A stretch of DNA of 64,000 bases from positions 11,269 to 75,268 of IMG/VR virus record IMGVR_UViG_3300046171_000227; one strand, written 5' to 3'. Shown here piece by piece: positions 47,989-58,720 of the stretch (position 1 is its first letter; each line of letters begins with the position of its first letter). The DNA comes from a virus. The notes beneath the pieces were generated by a model. It searched no databases. It had not been told where the DNA came from and worked only from the letters and a program-made list of their open reading frames with translations. The translations under genes and the position numbers were made by a program.

Positions 47989-49216
47989 CTACTTCTTTAC
48001 CTTGTACTTATTTATGAAATTCTTGATACTAGTAGTGCCTGTTGCTGCCATAGCATTCTTAAGGTATCCACCAGTTCCATCTAAAGTATTAGGTTTGCCA
48101 GGAGTTCTCATCCGACGCTCCATGGTTTTCTCATCATACTCCATGACATCACGAATCCATGACTTGAACATATAATCTTCTTTTGTCAAACAGATAAGAT
48201 GATTAGTTCCTCTACGGATGATCTTACCAATCAATCCAGTGTTCAGGTTCTCTACAATATCACCAATCCTATAAATCAATCCATTTACATATTGCTCACG
48301 AAGTCCCTTTGCATCAAACTTTGGAGCAATCTCCCACATCTCAGCAGTAACTTTCTCTTTCTTCTTAATCTTCATTCCATCAGCAACAGCATCAAACAAT
48401 GATTTAGCTTGAGAATCTGTTACTAATTTAGGAAGTCCCTTCTTGAAGGAATCCATGTCACCATCTACAACTGCTTTCCTCATCTTGGAAGCAGACATTC
48501 CCTCAACACCCTCAGCGTCTGCATCTCTTGCACCAGCAGAGATTACTTTTATTTCACTGAAAGTTGTAGAGTTCGCCATTATATTTCTGTGCAAGGTTTT
48601 CAAACTCTGCTTGACGATCTGAACCGACGATTATATTAACCTTATCAAAATCTCTATCAGCACTCTGAAGAACATTAAATATAGATCTCATTTCATCATC
48701 GTTAATAATGTTCTCCTTAAAGTCAGGAAACATTTTTCTCATGAAGTTAACCTTCTTATCAGGATCAAGAGGGTTCTTCTTCTTATCTTGAGTTCTCGAA
48801 GGGAATATCCTTAATGTACCATTAGCGGCAACTTTCTTTGCCATCTTCAGTAACTTCTCATGTCCAACAGTGGGAGGATTGAATCTACCAAAAGCAAGAG
48901 TAAGTGTATCGCTACCAACTACTTTCTCTGCTTCCTCTCCACCTTTCTTCTTTTCTTTCTGTGGAGCTTTGTCCACAGACATTGTTTTAGTTTTGAGTTT
49001 AGGTTCTACCTTTTTTGTATTAGGAGTCTGATCTGGATCTCTTCCAGGTTTTTGATTTTTATCAAAGAACTTTAATTTACCACCAACAGTTTTAGCGACA
49101 AACTCGCCGGATCGATCTAACCATCCGCCATGTCCATCGCCTTTCAAACCAAGTTTTCTCGCCTGTGACGCAGCTTCTGTTTCTGCTTCACTAAGGAACT
49201 GAAAGAAACTTTTCAT
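47989..49216 (-). CDS. HxGH-family (cytidylyl/adenylyl) nucleotidyltransferase (frameshift ~48560)
   Basis: FGRFNPPTVGHEKL, VGSDR, MSASKMR; N-terminus MKSFFQFLSEA. Confidence 0.85.
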
Positions 49217-49246
49217 CTATATGATTTTTTTCCTATATGTTATTTA

Positions 49247-49528
49247 TTAGAGTTTACCTCCAACAATAGAAGATCCAATCACACGACTATAATCATCAAG
49301 AGTTCCGTCAATCTCACACTTAAGATGCCACCTAGTCATTTCAATGACATCTTCTTTGTGTAAACCAGTAAGCATCTTTCTACCTTGAACTGTCATCGTA
49401 CTATGAAGTCCATAGCGTGTTTCCCACACATAGAATGCTTCATCAATCAGTTCCGATCCTTCTGGAATTTTAATTTCTTGATCAGTCTGTGCTTGATTCG
49501 TCATTTTCCTCCTTTTTGTTGAATCCAA
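49247..49528 (-). CDS. Hypothetical protein
   Basis: ORF track; VGGKL C-terminus. Confidence 0.65.
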   Translation of the reverse strand: MDSTKRRKMTNQAQTDQEIKIPEGSELIDEAFYVWETRYGLHSTMTVQGRKMLTGLHKEDVIEMTRWHLKCEIDGTLDDYSRVIGSSIVGGKL

Positions 49529-49703
49529 ATGGGCCTTCTTTCTTTTCTAATGCAAGTTTCAATGCAACACCACCAACTGCTTCCATAACTCTCAAGATGT
49601 CTTCTGCCTTAGCATCTTCTCCAAGTTCCTTTGCTACATACCAATACTTAGGCCAAAATGTTTCTCCTGCTTTTTGATAATCTTCAAGTGTTAATAATTT
49701 CAT
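49482..49703 (-). CDS. Hypothetical protein
   Basis: GAGGAG SD; ORF track. Confidence 0.7.
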   Translation of the reverse strand: MKLLTLEDYQKAGETFWPKYWYVAKELGEDAKAEDILRVMEAVGGVALKLALEKKEGPFGFNKKEENDESSTD

Positions 49704-49868
49704 TTGTTACTCTCCTCAAAGTCACGTTCAATTTCTTTATCTAACATGCTATTACTTCTCTAAGCAATACGACACGAGTGGAGGGAAAATCGTAAGAATC
49801 ATCTTTAGTATGTAGGAACAAGGCATATCCTAAGGCATTTGCTTGCTCAGAAGTGAGTTCAAGACTAA

Positions 49869-50090
49869 TCATATCTCACCCTCCATTCTTTTAATTTGTT
49901 CTGTAAGATCGCGTAGAATTTTTTCTCTAGTATAGGAACCACTCTTCTCTTTACGAAGATTCATTTCAGTTTCTACTTTTTCAGTGATGGAGGCATGACG
50001 ACGAATCTCTCCACCCATAGACATTTGGTTTTTAGTTTGATCCATGCAAAACTTCAGTTGCATGAGTTCCATATCATCAAATTCAATCAC
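49869..50090 (-). CDS. Hypothetical protein
   Basis: GTGA overlap with mazG. Confidence 0.6.
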   Translation of the reverse strand: MIEFDDMELMQLKFCMDQTKNQMSMGGEIRRHASITEKVETEMNLRKEKSGSYTREKILRDLTEQIKRMEGEI

Positions 50091-50479
50091 AGATCACCCT
50101 CCTTACGGTTTTCAGAATAGTATGCATCAAAAGTGCCTTCAGGATATCGAGCACCAAGTTTCTCAACATTCATATCAAGAATCTCATCAAAGTTTGTATC
50201 AAGTGCCATAAATGCTTGAGCAAGATACCAGCAGATATCGCCAAGCTCACGCTTCATATGAAACACATTCTCTTCATTATAAGGTTTACCTTGAAAGAGA
50301 ATCTTTTTTACAACTTCAGTAAACTCACCAGACTCAGCAGTCAACCCAAGTGCAGCAGTGAGAAGTTGTGTAGTGTTGGTTCCTGTTACTTCAAGTTCTG
50401 CAAGACGAGATGCCATAGCACCATACTCCAGACTGGGTTCACTGGTGGTTTGCTTAACAAAATCAACGTAGTTGTTCAT
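50087..50479 (-). CDS. mazG: MazG nucleotide pyrophosphohydrolase
   Basis: GLTAESGEFTEVVKK..ELGDICWY..N.EKL..RY. Confidence 0.93.
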   Translation of the reverse strand: MNNYVDFVKQTTSEPSLEYGAMASRLAELEVTGTNTTQLLTAALGLTAESGEFTEVVKKILFQGKPYNEENVFHMKRELGDICWYLAQAFMALDTNFDEILDMNVEKLGARYPEGTFDAYYSENRKEGDL

Positions 50480-50484
50480 AGTTT

Positions 50485-50808
50485 TTAGTCGTGAAAATCA
50501 GGAATAAATGGTTCTTGAGAATTTTCGGGAAGTGATATTTCTCTCCAACTACCACCAACACCACCATCCATATTGACAACAATATCAGTGGTAGGAAGTT
50601 GATACGAAGTGTTAACATCAATATCAGTAGCAGAAATTTGATATGAAGTGTTCACATCAATTATATCACCTGGGAGAGGATTAAATGTGTAGTAATGTCC
50701 GTCCCAAGTTTTGTTTCGACTATGAATAAGAAAGAGAGCATCTCTTTCAGATCCACAGTCAGCAATTTTTTTACTGTCGGGATTAAAGACGGAGTAGTAA
50801 CCATTCAT
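50485..50808 (-). CDS. Hypothetical protein with an internal 13-aa duplication
   Basis: IDVNTSYQ occurs twice. Confidence 0.6.
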   Translation of the reverse strand: MNGYYSVFNPDSKKIADCGSERDALFLIHSRNKTWDGHYYTFNPLPGDIIDVNTSYQISATDIDVNTSYQLPTTDIVVNMDGGVGGSWREISLPENSQEPFIPDFHD

Positions 50809-52181
50809 TAGAACTTAAATCCATCAAATGATTTTTTAGGTTTGTCTTCGTAAGTATACTCCTCTTCCTGCCCACTGTCAACCATATCAGTCTGGGCAGT
50901 TTGCTCACAATCATAAAGACGCATCTTTGCACGATCAATACCAACAATGAAACGCTTATACACAGTCGGATCATTGTAGCGATTCTTCAACTGCTTCACC
51001 ATAATCTGCCCGAGTTCTTCAAGCTCATCAGTTGAAATAAGGGCAAACATAAAATCAGCAGTAGCAGGGAGGCCAAAGGACTCACTAGTATCAGTAAGCT
51101 CAACATCAGAGCTACCATAACCAGAACGGGTAGTCTGGGTGGCAGATACGATAGGTACGTTCGCTTCGACAGCGAGTCCTCTAAGTTCTTCAGCAATAGC
51201 CTTGATATAACTGTATGAATTGACAGAAAGGTTTCCGCGATACCTAGAGGAAGCACATATATTAAGGTAATCAATGAAAATAATGTCAGGACGAAATGAT
51301 TTCTTAATAGCGAGTTCATTAAGCAAACCACGGAAATGTCCTGCATGTGCTGACGCAGTAGGGTATTCCTTAATAATTAGGGTGCCTTGAGTCTTTTCTG
51401 AGAGTTTTGTCACCTTACTCTCATATATCATCTTGGGAAGATCCGATATCTCCTGAATGGGTACATTAAGAAGGTTTGCATCAATTCGCTCTGCAATCTT
51501 TTCTTCAGCCATTTCAAGCGTGATGTATAGCACGTTTTTTCCGTTAAGGAGTGCCGAAGCAGCGACATGGCACATAAACAAACTCTTACCGACGCCAGTG
51601 CCAGCGAGAGCAATATTAAGCGTCTTGTTAGGGATCCCGCCTTTCGTAATCTTGTTGAAATACTCCAAGTCGAATTCGGTTTTGTCTTCTTTCCTGTGGT
51701 AGGACTCATAACGTGCCTCATAGTCTTGAAGGTAATCATGTCCTACATGGGTGTCAAATGACACTGCAAGGGCATCAGAAAGAATAGTTGGAATAGCATC
51801 ACGATTCTTCTTTTCGTCCTGTCCATCGGCAATAGAGATGGACTCCATCAATGCCAAGTAGATAGCACGATCACGGCACCACTTCTCAGTCGTAGATACC
51901 AACCATTCAAACTCAGTAGGTGCTTCTTCTAATAAAGAGATGAGTTGAGTTATTTCTTTATAGTCACCATCAGTAATGTCCTGACGCTTCTCCGTTTCAA
52001 TACAGAGAATCTCTTTGGTAACTGGTTTGTTATATTGTTCTACAAATTTAAGAATCTCTTCGTAAACAATCTTTTGACTACGATTATCAAAATAATCTGA
52101 TTTGATAAATGGAATTACCTTACGGACATATTCCTCATTATAAAGTAGGTTTCTAAGAATTAGAAACTCAACATTGTCCAT
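50808..52181 (-). CDS. gp41: Replicative DNA helicase (T4 gp41)
   Basis: LAGTGVGKS, ITLEMAE, IDYLNI, KQLKNRY. Confidence 0.97.
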   Translation of the reverse strand: MDNVEFLILRNLLYNEEYVRKVIPFIKSDYFDNRSQKIVYEEILKFVEQYNKPVTKEILCIETEKRQDITDGDYKEITQLISLLEEAPTEFEWLVSTTEKWCRDRAIYLALMESISIADGQDEKKNRDAIPTILSDALAVSFDTHVGHDYLQDYEARYESYHRKEDKTEFDLEYFNKITKGGIPNKTLNIALAGTGVGKSLFMCHVAASALLNGKNVLYITLEMAEEKIAERIDANLLNVPIQEISDLPKMIYESKVTKLSEKTQGTLIIKEYPTASAHAGHFRGLLNELAIKKSFRPDIIFIDYLNICASSRYRGNLSVNSYSYIKAIAEELRGLAVEANVPIVSATQTTRSGYGSSDVELTDTSESFGLPATADFMFALISTDELEELGQIMVKQLKNRYNDPTVYKRFIVGIDRAKMRLYDCEQTAQTDMVDSGQEEEYTYEDKPKKSFDGFKF

Positions 52182-53176
52182 AACTAAACTCCTGTTTTGC
52201 AATCTCGTCTAATTTTTCCATCACCTCTGGGGTGAAGTATTGTTCTGGATCTTTATAGATCGCCTTTGCATAGACTTTCTTACCGTCTATTTCATAGCGT
52301 CCAGCCACATTCTTCCAAAGTCCACCAAGTTCTCCCAATTCAAGCAAACCGTAGTAACGATCCAAACCACGATTATCATAGTAAAGGCGAACGGTAACAT
52401 CTTTGTTCTCCTTGCTTAAACGCGACTTAGCAGTCTTTGCCTTGATAAGATTTCCAACGACTTCAGTTCCATCCTTTTTCTTTCTTCTTAGACAAGTAGA
52501 TGATAGAAGAGGCAGCGTACTTGAGTCCAGAACCTCCACCCATTTCTTTAGTTGGGACATAAGCGCCGATGACATCATAAGTGTGATTCGTAACAATCAT
52601 TGGAATATTTGCTTGCCCCAGTTTAAGAGTCAACATTCTAAATGCACCTTTCACAAGTTGTGATTTAGTCATATCACGGACTTGCTTGTCATTCAAAACG
52701 TCTGTAATCTCCTTCTCAGTGGAAAGCATCCCTAAAGAGTCTAGCACAAACATACAGGGTTTGCGTTCATCTACAGGTTTTTTTAAATATAGATCAACTG
52801 CTTTCAGTGCCTTACTACGGAACTCCTCAATCGTAACGACATTGACGACAGCAATACGATTAAGATCTAAACCCCGATCTGCGAGAAGAGACTTGTTAAC
52901 AGCGGCTTCAGTGTCAAAATATAGACAATAACCATCAGGGTTAGAATCAAGGAAGTTCTTGACGACAGCAAGAGAGAAAAAAGTTTTTCCAGTACTAGAC
53001 TCCCCAGCAATGGCAGTAATCTTATTCCCAGATACACCACCAAAAATACTCCCTGAAACAAGTCCATTAAAAATGTACGAACCCGTGTCAACATATTTCT
53101 CAGTATCATCAATATCGGATGCAAGTTGCGTGTAGTCATCTCCGATCTCTTTTACAATTTCTTTAAGAAAGTCCAT
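52168..53176 (-). CDS. uvsX: RecA-like recombinase UvsX (frameshift ~52475)
   Basis: [30 protein letters not shown]. Confidence 0.95.
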
Positions 53177-53693
53177 AATTTTGAATAAGTAAGTTTTTAA
53201 ACAGTTCGTTTCCTTTACGAACATTCAGTTCCCAATCATTTGCTGAGTTCTCATCGGTAGAATCTGATATGTATTTAAAACATTTAAAAGTTACACCTTC
53301 CTTAAGACATGTTTTTGCAATCGCAAAAGATTCCATGTCTACAATATCACATCCAATTTCTGGAGTTGATGTCGCGAATGTATCTCCCGTCCCACACACT
53401 ATACCACATTTTCCAATTAAAACACCATCTTCAAACGGTGTCTGTCCCAAATCAAAACCCAGTGGCCTTGCATCCATATCTCTATCAACAAATCCAGTTA
53501 CTTCAAGTAATCCAGATTGTTCAGAAACAGTTCCAGCAGTTCCATAGTTTATAATACAATCAGCACCATCACGAATTGCTGTCATAGTAGCAATAGTGGC
53601 ATTTACTTTGCCACAACCACTTAAATAAACTGGATATCCATCAATACCTTCTGCTTCTTGTGGCAAGGCAATAACTATAGCAATATTCATCAA
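53163..53693 (-). CDS. 5'-methylthioadenosine/S-adenosylhomocysteine nucleosidase family protein
   Basis: [35 protein letters not shown]. Confidence 0.85.
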   Translation of the reverse strand: MMNIAIVIALPQEAEGIDGYPVYLSGCGKVNATIATMTAIRDGADCIINYGTAGTVSEQSGLLEVTGFVDRDMDARPLGFDLGQTPFEDGVLIGKCGIVCGTGDTFATSTPEIGCDIVDMESFAIAKTCLKEGVTFKCFKYISDSTDENSANDWELNVRKGNELFKNLLIQNYGLS

Positions 53694-56190
53694 CCAAAAA
53701 ACAATTCAAGGTTTACAGTTTTTTCAACATTCCATCCAATAGAATCAAGGATAGTTTTTAGTGGTTCAAGGAATGACTTCTCAAATTGTAAGTCGTAGTC
53801 AACATACTTGTCAAGATTCAATTCCTTGGAAAGTCTTGAATGAATGAGATAACATTCTCATGAATGTGATTTGGTTTTTTCAGATAGCAGAACTTAATCT
53901 TTCTCACCGTTCTGAATAAGAGAATACTTAGCATCTAGTTTATTCTCTTTAATGTAGTGATTAAAAAGAAGTGCTCCGCGAGCATGAATCGGAGTTCCTT
54001 TAGTGTAGATACTTGCGTGAGACTTATATTTTACAACATCAGAAACAGAACGTGGAAAGAAACTTCTTCGGGAGGAAGTTTTTTGAACTGATCGCGACTA
54101 GAATCAATGAAACTTAATCATCTCATCTTCAGTACCAGTCATCAGAATCTTGAATGCATCCTTCAGCATTTTACGACAAGGTGCAGGTGTAGATGATTTG
54201 ACTGATTCAATACCCATCACTTTCAATTTGGGTTCTTCATAACGAACTCCTTCACTATCCCATACGTTGAGAATATATCGCTTCTTCGCAGTCCAGATAC
54301 CACGATCAGCGATATTCTCACGCTTCATTTGCATCTTTTGATCATACGCCGATACATAGTTCGCCAAGTTCTGGTAACACTCATCGATGTACGGTTCCAG
54401 TTTGTCACGACAAACCATATCAAGTAACTCCACAATCTTTGCTTTGTCGCCAGAGCGATTAGCAAAAAATTTATCAACAACAGATCCCATATTAAGATAG
54501 ATAGAATCAGTGTCGGATGCGATGACATAGTCCTCGTCTTCTGTTTTTAACAGATTATTTAGATACTTGTTCATCTTCTGTTCAATCCAACGGATCGAAA
54601 CTTGTCCAGACAATGTGATTGCTTCTGCGTTTGCTAGTTTGTAATACCTGAAGTATTGATTACCAATAGCACCATAAGCAGAATTAAGAGAAATCTTCTT
54701 CGCCATTTGAATGTTGTTGCATCGAGCGATTTCTTTTTCAAGTGCTTTAGTAGGCGTCTTCTCATACTGCTGTTTGGCTGCAAGCATTCGTTTCTTGAAG
54801 ACGACACGATCTCCATACATCTTCTCCATCAACTCTGGTAGGAATCCACGGACATCTTTACGATACATTGCACCATTAGCACAAATCGCATTGTCCTTAT
54901 AGAGTTCAAAATTTATCTCTTCATTAAGAATTTTGTCAACGGTAACTGTTGGATGCTCTCATCAAGTAATGTCTCTGGTGAGATATTGTACTGCATAATA
55001 AGATGAGGATACAGAGAGTTCAAGTCAAAACTCACAACCCAATCATACTTTCCAGGAATCGGTTCTTTAACATACGCACCTGCATACTTTTCATTCTTAT
55101 CCGACTGCTGCTTTCTGTGGAATAACAATATCTCTCTTTCTTCAGATAATTATAGATGATATTGTCCCACATACGAACTTGATAGAACACATCATTATAA
55201 TTTACCTTAGCATCATATGCCATAGTCAGAGCTAGTTCGATAAGTTTCATCTTATCTTCCAACCTGTCAACTAGTTCTACGTCAACAATATTGTACTCAA
55301 TAAACTTCTGCCATCCGTTTGTATAGAAGTCCTTGAACGTATCATATTCTGAGTGATCTAGTTTTTTCTGTCCCAGTTCTACACTGGCAATATAATCCAG
55401 ACGATATGATTCTTGTGCCTTGTAAGTAAACTTCTTATAAAGATCAAGATAATCAAGTTGACATACACCACCAACATCATAATTGATGTGTTTACGCCCT
55501 TGAATATACATCTCTCCTTCAGTCACAAGTCCCCATGGAGAAAATCGCTTCATCAGTTTCTCGCCAAGAACTCGATTGAGACGCTTGCAGATATAAGGAA
55601 TATCAAACAACTGAATGTTCCAACCTGTGATGACATCAGGAACATCCTGCATCCAGTGATTGATGAAACTATTCAGAAGACTGTGTTCATCAACACAATG
55701 ATGATAAGTAACATTCTTTTGTTTGTTAATAAACGGTTTTACACCCCAAGTGATAATCTTCTTGGTAGTGTAATCCTGAATAGTAATCGCCTAGAATCTG
55801 TTCCTGAGCGGATTCAACATCAGGAAATCCTTGCTCAGCAGTCGTCTCAATGTCAAGTGTCACCAGTTTGATCTTACTAATGTCAAACTTGACTTCATCC
55901 TGAGGATACTTCTCAGAGATGTATTGATAGATGTACCGATCATTACCATAGATGGGAAAACCATCTACATCCTGATACTTCTTATAGAAGTCACGACAGT
56001 CACGAACTTGTCCTGGTTTGATTGGTTCTACACTTTCACCATTCAGCGTTTTGTACTTGGTTTCTCTTTTACTCTTAACGAAAAGGGTAGGACAGAACTC
56101 ACTATCTCTAATCTCAAACCTTTTTCCGTCTTCAACTCCACGAACTAGAAACTGATTACCGATCAGCTGAACATTGGTGTAAAACTTCAT
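53690..56190 (-). CDS. gp43: Family B DNA polymerase (T4 gp43), split by several indels
   Basis: LDIETT, GWNIQLFDIPY, SFDLNSLYPH, KISLNSAYG, SDTDS, KKRY. Confidence 0.96.
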
Positions 56191-56420
56191 TCGTCATCAT
56201 CATTGAAAAAAGAACCGAACATACCACTGTCGCCAGGGCTCCTGCTTTCTAGTTTATCAAGAATACTGTCTGTATCTTGAAGAGTTTGTATATCAGAAAT
56301 AATCTTTGCAATCTCTCTGCATACCATGGGACGTTCTTGCCTTGCTGCATATGCAAGAGCATTCCTGAGATTGGAATCTGCTTCTTTCAACGATTCTTCT
56401 ACAGATTTAGATAGTGCCAT
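56187..56420 (-). CDS. Hypothetical protein
   Basis: ORF track; coupled overlaps. Confidence 0.7.
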   Translation of the reverse strand: MALSKSVEESLKEADSNLRNALAYAARQERPMVCREIAKIISDIQTLQDTDSILDKLESRSPGDSGMFGSFFNDDDE

Positions 56421-56677
56421 TACTTAGTTGTTTCAAGGTATTTTTCAAGGAGTGTCGGTAGAGGATCAGCGAGTGTGATGATCTTCTCTGAACTAATCAT
56501 AAATGTATCTTGCATTGTATAATCTATCATCCAAGGGGAGAGCATATTACCCTCACAAATTTCCATGGGATTGATTAACTTACAGTCTGGTTCGCCAATT
56601 TCAGCACCAACTTCTTCAATCTCACTGATCATTCTCTCGCTGTTCGCCAGCAGGATCACTTTCACTACTTTGCTCAT
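56420..56677 (-). CDS. Hypothetical protein (Sm-like pattern)
   Basis: ORF track; resembles the adjacent gene. Confidence 0.7.
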   Translation of the reverse strand: MSKVVKVILLANSERMISEIEEVGAEIGEPDCKLINPMEICEGNMLSPWMIDYTMQDTFMISSEKIITLADPLPTLLEKYLETTK

Positions 56678-56984
56678 TTCCTACAACATCCTCCACATAC
56701 ATTTCTTTGAGTTTTTGTTTGGGATCAACAATCGTCACTACCCAGTCTACAGGAAGAGGGATAACACTATCCTCTGCCAGGGGACACCAGGGATACATTG
56801 AAACATTAAATGCCGACTTCTTATCTCCCTTTTCAGGTTTCTCAGCGTTCAAAATTTTAACAACACAAGGTTTGTCCAAGAAATATCCAAGGACTTTCTT
56901 GTCCGCTCCATCACCCATTGCCATCTCGCTGACATCAGCAATTACGTCCTCACCGGACTTCAATAGCAAAAGTTTTACAGTCAT
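56622..56984 (-). CDS. Hypothetical protein (Sm-like pattern)
   Basis: KLLLLKSGEDVIADV..PW; GGAGG SD; TTGACG-N17-TAGAAT promoter. Confidence 0.75.
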   Translation of the reverse strand: MTVKLLLLKSGEDVIADVSEMAMGDGADKKVLGYFLDKPCVVKILNAEKPEKGDKKSAFNVSMYPWCPLAEDSVIPLPVDWVVTIVDPKQKLKEMYVEDVVGNEQSSESDPAGEQRENDQ

Positions 56985-57016
56985 TTTTGATTTGTTCCTC
57001 CACGTATTCTAACAAT

Positions 57017-57088
57017 AAAAAAGAGGGGCGTCAACTGGATTTGGCCAGTTACCCCTCCGTCTGCGACGACGATATTCAATATATTTAG
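57017..57088 (-). ncRNA. Candidate short late transcript ending in a long terminator hairpin
   Basis: CTAAATA (57082-57088), GTCGTCGCAGAC, then GAGGGG-TAACTGG-ccaaat-CCAGTTG-ac-GCCCCTC and a T tract. Confidence 0.45.
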
Positions 57089-57354
57089 TCTTTAATAATC
57101 ACTTTCAGTTTAACATCGCTATGAGCATGATTTTTCCAACATGATCTCAAAGGTGTAACTTTTCTTTCAGTAAACCACCCATAATTATCATACTTGGTAA
57201 CGTACTTAATTTTTTTACAACGTTTCCAATCACGTCGAACCATTACATCCTTTTCTGGATAAGAATATGTCCAAGTGGTTCTTGGAGTTCTTGGATGAGC
57301 AACGGCAGGCGAAGCAATCAAAAGTGTAGCAAGTCCAATGAAAATCTTGTTCAT
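57085..57354 (-). CDS. Secreted basic hypothetical protein
   Basis: Signal peptide MNKIFIGLATLLIASPAVA. Confidence 0.65.
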   Translation of the reverse strand: MNKIFIGLATLLIASPAVAHPRTPRTTWTYSYPEKDVMVRRDWKRCKKIKYVTKYDNYGWFTERKVTPLRSCWKNHAHSDVKLKVIIKD

Positions 57355-57374
57355 GATTAAAAGAAAAATAATAG

Positions 57375-57806
57375 TTAGAGATAATCTTTTCGTGCGTGGT
57401 GTTCAGGCACTACTTTCTTTACAGTAATACTCAAAAGTCCGTCTTCAAATAACACGTCGGTGACTTCTGTGCCTTCAGCAAGTGTCCAGGATCTTTCAAA
57501 GTTTCGCTGAGCCAAACCCTTGTGGACGTATGTTCCTTCTTCGTCAGGTGTTCCTTTTTCTCCCCTGACAAAAAGTTTTCCATACTCGGTGAAGGCATGA
57601 ACCTCCTCCTTTTTAAATCCTGCTAGTGCGATTTCCAATCGTGTTTCAATATTATTTAATTGAATCACATTATAAGGTGGATAGTTGCTAGGTGTTGTGC
57701 CCTCGAATACTTTATCAAAGTATTCATTCATACCAATCGCATTCTTATTCAGTTTTTCCATCAGAGCAGCCATATCTGCCACGCGGTAGCGGGTAAGTTC
57801 TCCCAT
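57375..57806 (-). CDS. hsp20: Small heat shock protein
   Basis: NYPPYN, ALAGF, HKGLAQRNF, DGLL; AGGAG SD before the ATG at 57806. Confidence 0.95.
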   Translation of the reverse strand: MGELTRYRVADMAALMEKLNKNAIGMNEYFDKVFEGTTPSNYPPYNVIQLNNIETRLEIALAGFKKEEVHAFTEYGKLFVRGEKGTPDEEGTYVHKGLAQRNFERSWTLAEGTEVTDVLFEDGLLSITVKKVVPEHHARKDYL

Positions 57807-57870
57807 TTTACTTCTCCTTTTAAAGCGAGATTGTGTTGTGTGTACCCTTTCGGCGTACATACTAATTATA
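57807..57870 (-). promoter_or_regulatory. hsp20 5' UTR, ROSE-like RNA thermometer candidate
   Basis: TATAAT at 57865-57870; TGTAC-gccgaaagg-GTACA hairpin; TCTCGCTT-taa-AAGGAGA pairs the SD with a bulged G. Confidence 0.6.
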
Positions 57871-57911
57871 TCACAAACACAAAAAAATGGGGTGTTGAAC
57901 CCCGTATATTT

Positions 57912-58355
57912 TTATTCGGTTTGTTGGGCATTCTCTTTGCCTTTCTTACCAATATTATACTTCTGTTCAAGAATCCACTCACCCTTATCCTTATAAGCAA
58001 GAACTTTAATTTGATTCAAAGGTGCAATATCTGCAACAGACTCTTCATCAACAATAGAAATCAATCTCCAGTCAGAAAGTAGACGCACAATACGATTACG
58101 ACGCTGAACATCATTAATGGAAAGGTTAGCATGTTTTCCATCTAATGCAAACAATTCTTTGAAGTGGACAATATAGTACTTGCCCTGCTTATGCAGAATA
58201 TGACATGACTGATAAAGTTTCTTCTCTTTTCTAGAAGCAACTCCAATCCTAGTCAGCGTCTCTCTTACTTTCAGAAAATCATCTGGTTCGTTTAAAAGGA
58301 CTTCGATCATACGATCTTGAGTCCAATGATACTGGGGTTCCACAGTATTACTCAT
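57912..58355 (-). CDS. regA: Translational repressor RegA
   Basis: DFLKVRETLTRIGVAS..LYQSCHILHKQG.YYIVHFKELF. Confidence 0.97.
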   Translation of the reverse strand: MSNTVEPQYHWTQDRMIEVLLNEPDDFLKVRETLTRIGVASRKEKKLYQSCHILHKQGKYYIVHFKELFALDGKHANLSINDVQRRNRIVRLLSDWRLISIVDEESVADIAPLNQIKVLAYKDKGEWILEQKYNIGKKGKENAQQTE

Positions 58356-58720
58356 TTTGTTCCTCCAACGTCAAGTCGTTTTTTAATAAAGTTAATCTGT
58401 TCTTGTGTCAGGATTTTCAGAGCTTGACATGCCTTCTCATTACTATATCCATAGTATTGTTTGACACTTTCGAGATCCGTGACTTTGTCCTTACGGAGCC
58501 AGGGAGAAAATCTCTTTTTTTTCCTCAGACTATTTAGATAAAATTTATATTGCATATCTTTATCAAGAAAGTGATACTTGTTCATCTCATTAGCGAACAA
58601 TATACAATCAAGATGTCCAGATAAACAACGATTGACAATATAAGGAGGATAAGATTTCATATCCTCAGATAAATCTTCTTTTGTAAAGTTAACTGAATTC
58701 AACCAATCTTTAAGTTCCAT
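58352..58720 (-). CDS. gp62: Clamp loader small subunit (T4 gp62)
   Basis: YPPYIVNR, ANEMN, KKRFSPW, YYGYS. Confidence 0.92.
   Translation of the reverse strand: MELKDWLNSVNFTKEDLSEDMKSYPPYIVNRCLSGHLDCILFANEMNKYHFLDKDMQYKFYLNSLRKKKRFSPWLRKDKVTDLESVKQYYGYSNEKACQALKILTQEQINFIKKRLDVGGTK

Noticed and set aside
47284-48084. 266-aa plus-strand hydrophobic ORF and similar plus-strand ORFs elsewhere
   Set aside because: Antisense to Lys/Glu-rich genes, which produces Phe/Leu-rich shadow frames.
50580-50665. ~39-nt tandem duplication as a repeat array or CRISPR
   Set aside because: Two degenerate in-frame copies inside a gene. I saw no repeat-spacer array anywhere in the window.
53690-56190. Fragmented gp43 (also uvsX, zwf, gnd and several glycosyltransferases) as pseudogenes, split genes or programmed frameshifts
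   Set aside because: The breaks are scattered single-base indels in essential genes with all motifs present and no added sequence; sequencing error is the simpler explanation.
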